Source of the DNA: Camelus dromedarius
Taxonomy: Eukaryota
Length of the DNA stretch: 64,000 bases
Assembly: GCF_036321535.1 (NCBI RefSeq)
Contig: NC_087436.1
Coordinates: 67,148,001-67,212,000, forward strand
Direction: 5' to 3'
Shown: in pieces, positions 1-10,702 of the stretch
Numbering within the stretch: the first letter of the stretch is position 1
Layout of the letters: the number at the start of each line of letters is the position of its first letter
Made by a program: the position numbers and the translations under genes
The notes under the pieces: model-generated
The model's database searches: none
The model's input: only the letters and a program-made list of their open reading frames with translations
What the model was told of the DNA's origin: nothing

Positions 1-64
1 TTAAGATTGTATGCCGTGTGGTCCTCCCTAGTGCTGCTACTCATGCTCTCTGGTTAGAGACAGA

Positions 65-325
65 CTGTTAAGAATGAGGCTCTGAAGCAAGACTCCAAGT
101 GTTTCAATTCTGATGCTTTCACCTACAGCATGAGGTATTGGTACCGGGCAAGTCTCCTTATCTCACTAGCTTCAATTTCTTCATCTGTAGAATGCCAACA
201 GTAATAACACTAATTAATAATAATAATAATAATACCCTTTTCCTGTTGCTATAAATGATTTTATTTTTTATTAAATTATGTGCTTGGGACACGGTAAATC
301 TCATCATCATCATTATTATTATTAA
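65..325 (+). mobile_element. MIR SINE remnant
   Basis: Degenerate MIR core (gggcaagtctccttatctcactagcttcaatttcttcatctgtagaatg), matching the MIR 'ggcaagttacttaacctctctgtgcctcagtttcctcatctgtaaaatgg' motif. Confidence 0.75.
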
Positions 326-754
326 ATGGGAAATGAGTTCAAAAGCTGACAGACAGGTAGCTGAAGAAAATTTCAAGACTGTTATGTGGAGCAATCATTT
401 TTCTGGAAGGACAACTATACTTCCGTCTCCTTTGCTATGGTCTTATCAATCCTTTCAAATTTCTAAACATTTTGTCCAGTAATACTGGAAATTCGTCACG
501 TAATATGGTGGAGATTGTTCTCAGAGGGATTCTTGAAAGGCAGTCAATGTTTTTTGTTTGTTTGGAGACAGTGAAGGAAGGGAGGAGAAATAAAAAGAGG
601 GGACTTCCAATAGCAACTCCATTATTTGTTACACTGCAGTCCCTTTAAAGTGCAGATGCAAAACTGAACCATGGGACACGGAGCCTGAAGTGCCGTGACC
701 CAGTACCCCTGTCTGTCTGCACCTTACGGGCCAGGCCGGGTCGGCCGCACTTAC

Positions 755-950
755 CACGGAGTGCCGGAGGCAGGCCGCTGGAACGCTCCGGGTTTTCAGA
801 TGAGCAGCGAGGAGCTGCTGTCTTCCCCGACGTCGACGTCTGATGAATGCAGGTAAGAAAATCCGCGAGCGCAGTGAGGAGCTGGGAAGTGCTCACGCAG
901 CCAGCCCCGCTGGGCACTTCGGGCTGACTAGCCCTCTCAGGCCAGGACCT
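755..950 (-). other. Candidate first exon of a minus-strand transcript running off the left end of the window (5' boundary approximate)
   Basis: Consensus donor on the - strand, GTG|GTAAGT (intron starts at 754), within the CpG island on the left side of the ETS/GC-box core. Confidence 0.4.
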
Positions 951-1054
951 CCACGGTCCTGACGGGGGCGGGGGCGTTCCAGGGCGCACCTGGGCCGCAC
1001 TTCCTGGGCCGCACTTCCGGTGACCCTGGGAGCCGCCAGTGCGCAGGTCTGACG

Positions 1055-1124
1055 CCTGAGTAGGAGTCTGCGGAACCCGCGAGGGACCCATGGGAGGGCT
1101 GTGCTGGAAGTCGTGAGGACGGGG
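1055..1124 (+). other. Candidate first (non-coding) exon of a plus-strand transcript (5' boundary approximate)
   Basis: Donor GGG|GTGAGT at 1124/1125 followed by G-triplet-rich sequence typical of first introns. The only ATG (1090) is closed after 8 codons. Confidence 0.4.
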
Positions 1125-2192
1125 GTGAGTGGCGGCCCCAGGCCGGTTGGCCAGGGGGTGGGCGGGGGTTTGTGGTTCTGAGGCTGGCAGGTTTCTGCTG
1201 CCCCGCGGAGCGTGGACCCTGGAGACTCAGCTCCTCAGAGGGCACGTGGTGGGCCTGCTCACTGGACGTGGGGGCGGGGGTGGTGAGGAGGGTGCTGTCC
1301 TTGCCCTGGGAAGGCACCTGCTGGCTGGCTTCAGGCTTAGCCAAACGTTGAGGCCACTTTTTGTGCCACCCACAGGCTTTCTTATGTCCTAGGCATCGGG
1401 GTTTGGAGAAGTTTGGGAAGCAGAATCTTAATTGTTTGGAAAAGTTGCGTTATAAAAGAAAGATAGTCACTCAGAGTTTTACGGAGAAAAATACTACTCT
1501 GCACCCCCATCCCAGGCAAATAGTTTTATAGAATGACCAAGATCAGAAAGCTGATAGCCAAGAGGCAAATTACCCACACAATTATCCTGTTACTCAGCAT
1601 TTGTTTATGTTGCTTCTTTTAATCACATCGCATTTTTCTCTTCGTATTCAAGTTGGAATGCGGTAACAATAAGATATCATTTTACCATTTTAAACAATGC
1701 AACTATCACATATTTAAGACATTCCTTCCAAACAGGATAGACACAAAGTCCATCTACCTCTGTATTATGCTCTGACTGATGTAAATTCCTCTTTGAGTTT
1801 GTTCACAATTACGTCTGAATATTTTGTAGCCCCAGTTTGTAAAGTAAACCAACACCAACACTGATTCTATGAAAATAAAAACTAGGGGAAAGGAGTGAAA
1901 GTTGGTAGTGTATGCATACAGTTCCCATTTCTGAAAGGACCATGAAGTCACGGTTGCTATCTGTTGCTTCCTTCTTCCATTTTCTATTCATAATGCTTTT
2001 GCCCTCAGCTGGTATTTTAACTGGTTGGGGTTATTTACCTGTTTGGGTGACAAAACCTTTACTCCAGCAGGCTCTATATCCTTATTTATTTTTGCATAGC
2101 AGTACAAGCTTGTAAAAGTGACTACAAGCTGAATATTTTAAAATTTAAATTTAATTATTTTTAAATTTAAAATATTTTAAAATTTTAAATGA

Positions 2193-2282
2193 AAAAATAT
2201 AAAGGTCACAGAGTAATCATAGCTTTTCAAGCAGATGTGTCAGATTGAAACGTTTTAATTATCCTGTGACCTTTAAATTTTT
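2193..2282. repeat. Imperfect inverted repeat / hairpin (MITE-like)
   Basis: Arms 2193-2217 and 2258-2282 are reverse complements at 22/25 positions; inner TTTCAA/TTGAAA pairing. Confidence 0.75.
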
Positions 2283-2324
2283 GTCAGAACCTTGTAAAGT
2301 CTCTTACTGTTGGTTAGAAATGTA

Positions 2325-3163
2325 CAGGCAACTAAAAAAGTAGTAAAACTAAAATGTAATTAGTACATTGTAGTTTAAAACATTAGAAACATTGAAAGTT
2401 AAAGTGTTTTATTTCTTTGTAAAATCTCACCAAGAGTAGTTTGCAGTTCTTCATGCTGTGTAACTTACAACATGGAGTGAGCATTTTTAGACTGGGGTGA
2501 ATTGTGGTACTTCTTTTTGAATTTGTATCAGCTTCCAAAATTGTATCCTATGTACTTTCAATGTTGTGAAATATCTGAGAAAATCCCTTTATACGTGGAA
2601 CTACCCCAGAGACATCATTTCCTTTTCATTACTTTTTTCCTTTGTATCAGTGACTTCACTTTCTCTAGGCTCCACATATGTAGAGTTTTCCAGTGGTGAC
2701 GGTGTCAGTGTTAGCTTTTTCATCTTCAGCTCTGTTTATATCCCACTTAGATTTAGTTTATAGCAATATTATTTTTCATTACTTTGTTGCACTTTCATTT
2801 TTTTGAAAATTCCCTGTTTTAATTACCAACTTTTGGTTTTGATCACATTTGTAGGTTTATCAATGGGACACAAAGTTGTAACATAACTGCTTTCTTTTGT
2901 GTCTGAACATGAGCTGAATAATAGACACACAGTGACCAACCATCAAACTGAAAAAATGACATGATTGGTCACTGATCATGATACACATGTTATTTACCTA
3001 GTGACTTGTAGATTGCAGAGCTGGCAGTGAAGATGGTATTTCATACAGTTACTCAAAACTAATATACCATAGTACTTGAAATTTGTTAGGAGACTGGTAC
3101 TTAGCTAAACCAGAGCAACTAAAATCTGTGCATATTGGAACTGTGCAAAGTGAGGACTGTTTG
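2325..3163 (-). mobile_element. TcMar-Tigger DNA transposon fossil (Tigger13a-like)
   Basis: The - strand begins cagtcctcactttgcacagttccaatatgcac and contains gatcagtgaccaatca, as in the recalled Tigger13a consensus; TA at the terminus. Confidence 0.7.
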
Positions 3164-4080
3164 TACATACTGCTTCCACTTGATGAAGGAATGTTGCTGC
3201 ACATTCCATATTTGTGCCTTTCTGGATCAGTTAATACCCAGTTCATAAAGAACAGAACAGTTTGCAGAATTTTAGATTCCTAGCCAGGGCTGAACAGCAA
3301 ATGAAAATCTGTTTCTTAAAAGTAGAAGAGTTATTTGCAGAAGATTTACAGTTTTGTTCAAAACCCTTGAGCTCTGAGATATTGAGACTTGCCAGAGGCT
3401 CTGTACAGATCCCTAAATCCTTTCAATTTGCTTTCTCTTTTGCAACTCCACAGGCTGGCATTGTTTCTATATGCTGACAATCTTAGTTCTGAATTTCATA
3501 ATTTCATATCTTGAGAGAAGAATCATCTTCCTAAAGAAACTTCTTGCCTCCCATTTTCCCCACTGTCATGATTATGACATAGTGGTATTTATAAAATGAA
3601 AATCTGATCATGTAACTTCTATGCATAATTTTTTTTTAAAAAGCCATGTTTACTTAAAACTATTAGGACAAAGCCAGAACACCTTAGCATCTAATAGAAG
3701 GTTGTTAATGATATGACTTTCATTTAATTTTCAGCCTCTTAGAGTCCGTGATCCATTTGTTCTAACACTTGTAGGTTCCTCAACGAACTCTGACTTTCTT
3801 ACTCCTTTTCTTTCTACGAGGTTCTCTCAGGGCTTAAGCCTCCAGCTTTACTTGGACCACTGTCAGTTATCTAACACAGTAATCCTACTAATATATCTTT
3901 GCATATGGCTTTTATGACCCATCTAGTTGGAACAATCTGCCTTTTAAGTTTGTGGATATCGCCATTAAAAATATATGACATCCTATTCTGCTTTATTCCT
4001 ATTTTCTTGTGTCTTCCACTGGTCTTTGATAACAGAAAATATTTTTGTCCCTAAGGCTTAGTACAGCAAAACACATATTC

Positions 4081-5515
4081 TTTTTTTTTAATTGAAATAT
4101 GGTTGATTCACATTGTTGTGTTAGTTTCAGGTGTACAGCAAAGTGATTTGGTTATACACATATATATATTCTTTAAAAATTGTGTTTCCATTATAGGTTA
4201 TTAAAAGATATTGAATATATTTTCCTGTGCTATACAGTAAATCCTTGTTGTTTATCTGTTTTATATATGGTAGTCTTTTTCTGTTAATCACATAATCCTA
4301 ATTTATCCTTCCCCACTTCCCCTTTGGAAACCATAAGTTTGTTTTCTCTGTCAGTGGGTCTATTTCTGTTTTGTAAATAAGTTCATTTGTACTATTTTTT
4401 AGATTCCATGTGTAAGTGATATTGTACAGTATTTGTCTTTCTCTGTCCTATTTACTTCACTTAGTATGATAATGTCTAGGTCCATCCATGGTGCTGCTTT
4501 TTTTTTGTGGGTGCTTAGTATTCCATTTTGTGTGTGTGTGTGTATAACTATATATGTGTATATATATATAACATCTTCTTTATCCATCCATCCACTGATG
4601 GACACTCTAGGTTGGTTCCATGTCTTGTCTATTGTAAATAGTGCTGCTATGAACATTGGGGTGCGTGTTTCACTTAAAATTAGAGTTTTTGTCTTTTTCG
4701 GGTATATGCCCAGAAATAGGGTTGCTGATTCATATGGTAACTCTATTTTCAGTTTTTTTTAAGGAACTCCCATACTATGTACAGCATACTGGCTACACCT
4801 ATTTACATTCCCACCTTCAGTGTAGGAGGGTTCCCTCTTCTCTGCACCCTCTTCAGCGTTTATTATTTGTAGACTTTTTGATGATGGCCACTCTGACCAG
4901 TGTGAGGTGATCCCTCATTGTGGTTCTGATTTGCACTTCTCTAATAATTAACAATGTTGAGCATCTTTTCATGTGCCTTTTGGCCATCTGTATGTCTTCT
5001 TTGGAGAAATGCCCATTTAGCTCTTCTGCCAATTTTTTGATTGGATTGTTTATTTTTTTGTTATTGAGTTGTATGACCTGATTGTATGTTTTGGAAATTA
5101 AGCCTTTGTCAGTCACCTTGTTTGCAAATATTTTCTCCCAGTCTGTAGATTGTCTTTTCATTTTGTTTATGGTTTTCTTTGCTGTAGAAAAGCTTCAAAG
5201 TTTGATTAGGTCTCATTTATTTAATTTTGTTCTTATTTCTTTTGCCTTGGGAGACTGAACTAACAAAACATTGGTGGTACGATTTATGTCAGAGAATGTT
5301 TTGCCTATGTTCTCTTCTAGGAGTTTTATGGTATCATGAATTATATTTGTCTTTAAGCCGTTTTGAGTTTATTTTTGTGTGTTGTGTGAGGGAATGTTCT
5401 CACTTCATTAATTTACATGTGGCTGTCTAGTTTTCACTATACCATTTACTAAAGAGACATCTCTTCATTGTATATTCTTCTCTCCTTTGTCAAAGATTAA
5501 TTGCTCATGGTGTGT
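4081..5515 (-). mobile_element. 5'-truncated LINE-1 (ORF2 C-terminus plus 3'UTR)
   Basis: ORF fragments [24 protein letters not shown] and [16 protein letters not shown]...; T-tract (poly-A tail) at 4081. Confidence 0.93.
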
Positions 5516-5599
5516 CAGTCTTATGTTCTTTTTTGAATTCATCATTCTGAGTCTCTGAATCCTTTCCTGTATTCATCTCATTGTATTGGTTTTGGTCAA

Positions 5600-6200
5600 G
5601 TTTCTCCTATTTTTGTTGATTTATGTGTTCTTCCTTAGTTATCCCATTTAACCATCATGGCTTTAAATACTGTCTTTGAATTGGTGATTTCTAAATCTAT
5701 ATCTTCACTTTAAAATTTTTCAAATATTCTAGATGATATTCACAACTATTTATTTGAAGTATTTGTTTTAATGTTCCAAAATATTCATAACAGACAAAAA
5801 TAAATACCTCTGTCTCCCACAACATATTTCTTCTTATCTTTTAGGTAATATCATCACCCATTCAATTTTTAGTCATTTATTCTTGAAATTTTTCATTTAC
5901 TTAAATAAATTTTATTCATGACAAACAATTGAGTATGTTTTATTTTCTATGTAGCATACTAAATTCTAGGAATAATAAATTTAAAATCACAAAAATTACC
6001 TGCCTTCAAGTAGTCAGAAGAACAGTGGCAAAAGTGCTGTAATGGAGAAGTGTTTCTTTGTAAAAGCAATGCCCAATTACTTAACTGGGGGCTAAGTGGT
6101 CATCAGTATCTTTAGAGAAGAGATAAAATTTGAAATGTTGAATTTCACAAGTGAAAACAGTATATGCAAAAACAAAGAGTTGTGTAAAAATATTTTACAT
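5600..6200. mobile_element. L2 LINE remnants (mixed orientation)
   Basis: Degenerate L2-like motifs (catggctttaaatac...tctaaatctatatc; caattgagtatgttt...tactaaattctagg). Confidence 0.45.
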
Positions 6201-6663
6201 TGTCTCATCTCCCTAAACCCAGTAGATGTCTAAGTCCAAGTTGTACCTATGAAATTTCTGTAAAATTTATAATCTGCTTTCTATAAGGACCATTGTCCTC
6301 TATACAGCTGTCATCATCATTATCTTTTAACTTTTGGTTTTGCTCCCTTCTCCTCTGTCCTAAATATTTATTGCAATAACTAAAAAGAAAAAACAGATTA
6401 TGTCATTTTAGTGCATAAAAATGACTATTAGCTCCTATATTCTACAAAATAAATGCAAATCATTTACATGATGTGGACCTTTATAGCCAGCATCATACAT
6501 TTTTCTTCTCTTATATCCCCACCAAAAACACATTCAAAAGGAGAAATCTAAAGTCTCAATGAGAAGTGCATGGGCTTTGAAGTAAACAAAAGCATTTAAT
6601 GAGTAACCAATGAACCGGTCATTCTGTGACCTTGGAGTTGCACACTGAGCTCTATGCTCGTGC

Positions 6664-6700
6664 TCTCTCCCTCTCCCTCTCCCTCTCCCTCTCCCTCTCC

Positions 6701-6771
<71 letters not shown>

Positions 6772-6842
6772 GTCTCTTTTTCTCTCTCTCTCACACACAC
6801 ACACATCTGTCTATCTCTCTACCTACCTCTCTTCTATCTATT
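6664..6842. repeat. Compound microsatellite (CTCTCC)n-(CT)n-(CA)n-(CTAT)n
   Basis: Directly visible tandem repeats. Confidence 0.97.
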
Positions 6843-9409
6843 TAGTCTGTTCACATTCCTTGTGATTGTTTTTCTTTGGGTTGTTTCTAGTCTTCTTAAT
6901 GGGAATTGTTATTTAGTCTTTAAGATTTAATTGAATTCTTATGACCTATGTGAGTGCATTCATTCAACAAACCATGACTGACTTTTTCTTATTTTCTTGA
7001 GACAGTTAGCTATACTTCCTTCTGCATAGTATTTTACCTTAAGGATAATATCTCATTACATTGTATTATAATTGTGTGTTTATTTATTTTTTTGTACAGT
7101 AATTCAACTTATAGGGGCAGAACACTTCTAAATTAGAGTAATGCCTGGTTCATTGTTTATGTTCAATAAATATTTGTTGACTAAGCAAACAAATTAAAGT
7201 TCTGCTCTGAGTTGCTTTTAGGAATCAGCAGTACATTTTTCTATAAAAATCCAAGGTTTTTAAACATATAGCATCTAACCTGCTAAAAGTAAAACACACT
7301 TTACAAAGTATGCCAAAAAAGAATATGCCTTAAGAAGATGGGCTAGAAACCAAGCTGGGGAGTACTATCTAAAATACTTAATTTCTTTTACATTTCTGTT
7401 TGGCATAATGGAAAGTGATATGTAAGGCACATTAAAAGAGAACAGAACAAACAGAGCAAATGAAGCTCTAGAGCTAAGGGTTTTTTAATTTACCATGGAT
7501 TATAATGGGTATAATAAGTTGGAAGGAGGAGTGATTCTTTCCGTACTCCCACAGGGAGCCAGAGTGGTCAGAAGATGCCATAAATTCTGTCCTGTCACTT
7601 TGAATTGTAGGTGAAAAGTGGTGCCTGCCTACAGATAAATTAAAGCAAGTCCTTATCCCAGTTTTTTGTTCTTCCACTAGGGTAAAGCCGTCCTAATTTG
7701 TTTCATGAGAGCACTTGAAGAAGTACTAGGAAAGTTCTGTTACACACTCACTGCTAGTGTCTACTCACCCACTTATATCATGGACTTTCCCTTCCACATG
7801 GTTGTATCAAAAACAAATTCTTTAGATGGTCTGAATTTTTTTCTGTAACTTTTTTTCCTGTCAGCAATCTTCACAAGGTGCTTCAGCTGAGAAAGATGAG
7901 CAAGGACCTCAATGTTAAAGTGATCACAGGGTCATTTTCCTTGAAGACTTCCATTCTCTAATGTTTCTTTTGATATTGTAGGTCATTTCTCTGAAAAACC
8001 ATCAATCTACACAAGTACAGATTTCCGTACCTACAATACTGATTTAACCGGGGCAGGGTAATTGTGTATGTTAGATTTGTAAATTTTAATTTAAAATTCT
8101 ATGTATTACTTTTTACATCAATCAATTTCTTAGAATAATATACTTTGACACTTATCTTGCAAGAAACAGGGGCACTGAATTAAGTTGTACTCTATTATGC
8201 ATCAGCTAGCTCAGAAATAAATCAAGGAACTAATTAACATCTTATCAGATTTGATTGTAAATAGAGCATTACATTCATACAGGAAGAGCCATTCATTCTT
8301 AAATTTAGTAACTTCTTTTGGCTTTAAGTTAGTTCTTTTACAACTACAAAGGCTCTATGAATAATTGTGTAGTAGAGTATCCATTTAAGCAGAATTGACT
8401 CATCAATTTAAACAGGCAACTAATTTGACTGACATTTTCAGTGACCATTTGTTTTTTGGCAAGCTGATTAAGTCAGTAAAAATTCTATGACCATATTCTA
8501 TGAACATGAATTGTAAAAAAAGAATGCAATTATTAAGAGAAACTAACCCATTTACTTCTATGAACAGTAATTCATTTCAATATATTATTTTTTTACCCAT
8601 TTTTACTAGCAATAAAATTTTAATCAGTCTTGGAATAGAATATTAAATTAGTCAATTAAAGAGTAGGGAAAGACTACAAATGAATGCAAAGAACAGTAAA
8701 GCTATCCTGATTATTTGAAAATAGACAAAAATTGGTTTATCTTCCACAGATAATACATAATTTCTTGTGTTGTTATTTATTTATTTCTTTTAGCCAATGC
8801 ATAATTCAAAAGTATTTCATGAATGCTAGTGCTTGCAAGTACTCAGTGGTGTATTATAGGATATACAGTTACTAATGAGAAGTACAAAGCTATTTGGAAG
8901 AAGCTCTATTTTAGAGGATTATAAATGGTAATGTGGTTATGTCCTGTAAACAAAGAAAAGAACTTTTTGCGTAGGGAATTGGGAGATGACCTTCCTCTTA
9001 TTCTAGATGTTTTCTCTTCCAAAGCTTCATGAACACAAGAATAAAAATATGCTTATTATTCATGGTAGTCATAAACATACGTTCTCGGTATAAAAATTCG
9101 GTCTTAGTATGTGTATCAATATCTAGGAACAGTTGATAAAAGTTATAACATTAGCACAGGCAGTGACCTTGCATCTTTTATTTCTTGCATTTTCGTCTGT
9201 GCATGTAGAGTTGACCCCAGTCCAGTTTGGTTTGGAAAGTGAATGGAGGTGAAGATATTTGTGTGTGTGTGTGTGTGTCTGTGCACATGACAAAGAACAT
9301 CTTCAACAGAGTTATTCTTTGTGTGAGCATGGTCGGTCTCAAACAAGAATCTTGAGTAGATGCATAATGCTGTTAACACAGTATTGATAAACATTTTTCT
9401 TCTTTTATC

Positions 9410-9742
9410 TACAGAAGTTCGTAGTTTATTTTAAAGTTCCCTCTTGGAGTTGTACATTCTATAGGTTTTGACAAATATATAATGTGATGTATCTAACATT
9501 ATAGTGTCACACAGAGTCATTTCACTGCCCTAAAAATCCTCTATGCTCCACCTATTCATCCTTCCTTCTTCTGTACCCCCATTCTGTGACAATCACTGAT
9601 CCTTTTATTGTCTCTATAATTTTGGCCTTTCCATATATAGTATTATACAGTACGTAGCTTCTTCAGATTGTCTTCTTGAACTTTGTATTATGTATTGATG
9701 TTTCCTCCATGTTATCATGGCTTGACAGCTCATTTCTTTTTC
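9410..9742 (-). mobile_element. Ancient L1 3' fragment (L1MC/L1MD-like)
   Basis: tcactgccctaaaaatcctctatgctccacctattcatcc motif typical of L1MC/MD 3' ends. Confidence 0.7.
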
Positions 9743-10197
9743 AGTTAAAAAACTTTAATTGAAATATAGTTGATGTACAATATTATATTAGTTTCAGGTG
9801 TATTGCATAGTGATTTGACATTTGCATACATTATGAAATGATCACCATGATAAATTTAGTAACCATCTGTCCCCGTATAAAGTTATTACAATATTATTTA
9901 CCATATTCTTTATGCTGTATATAATATCCTTATAGCTTATTTATTTTATAACTGGAGGTTTGTACCCTGTAATCCCCTTTGCCCACTTGTGGCCCTTCTG
10001 GTAACCATCAGTTTATTCTTGGTATCTGTAAGTCTATTTTCCTTTTGTTTTGTATGTTTATTTTGTTTTTAGATTCCATATGAGAGATCATGCAGTATTT
10101 GCCTTTGTCTGACTAATTTCACTTAGCATAATACCTTCTAGATCCATCCATGTTGTCACAAATGGCAAGATTTCATTTATTTCACAACTCAGTAATA

Positions 10198-10395
10198 TTC
10201 TTTCCTTTCCTTTTCTTTTCTTTTCTTTTCTTTTCTTTTCTTTCTTTCTTTCTTTCTTTTTCTTTCTTTCTTTCCTTATTTCCTTATTTCTTCCTCTCTT
10301 CCTCTCTTCCTTTCTTTCTTTCTCTTTCTTGCTTCCTTTTTTCATTCTTTCTCTCTTCCTTCCTTCCATCTTTCCTTCCTTCCTTCCTTTCTTTC
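10198..10395. repeat. (CTTT)n/(CCTT)n polypyrimidine microsatellite inside L1
   Basis: Directly visible. Confidence 0.97.
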
Positions 10396-10702
10396 ATTTA
10401 TCTGCCACATCTTCTTTATCCATTTATCTCTCAGTGAACATTTAGGTTACTTCCATATTTTGGCTACTGTAAATTATGCTTCAGTGAACATTGGACTACA
10501 TTTGTCTTTTCAAATCACTGTGTTTATTTTCTTCAGGTAGATACCCAGAAGTTAAATTGATGGATCATATGGCAGTTCCATTTCTAACGGTCAGAAGCCT
10601 CCACACTGCTTTCCATAGTGGCTGCACCAAATCTCAGCAACATTGCACAAGTGTTTCTTTTTATCCACATCCCTGCCAACACTTGTTATTTGTTGTCTTT
10701 TT

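Larger units (their letters stand above)
675..1280. promoter_or_regulatory. CpG-island promoter, probably bidirectional
   Basis: Sharp GC- and CpG-rich island in AT-rich surroundings. GC boxes at 964-976, tandem ETS/GABP-type sites CACTTCCTG (998-1006) and CACTTCCGG (1012-1020), TGCGCA (NRF1-like half) at 1040-1045, TGACG at 1050-1054. Confidence 0.8.

Noticed and set aside
645..1392. ORFs of 87-148 aa over the CpG island
   Set aside because: Pro/Gly/Ser/Arg-rich, present on both strands, no recognisable domain; expected in GC-rich DNA
1754..2115. Short overlapping ORFs downstream of the promoter as coding exons
   Set aside because: No recognisable homology and no convincing pair of splice sites
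6534..6865. RE/RG-, SL- and SP-repeat ORFs
   Set aside because: Translations of the compound microsatellite
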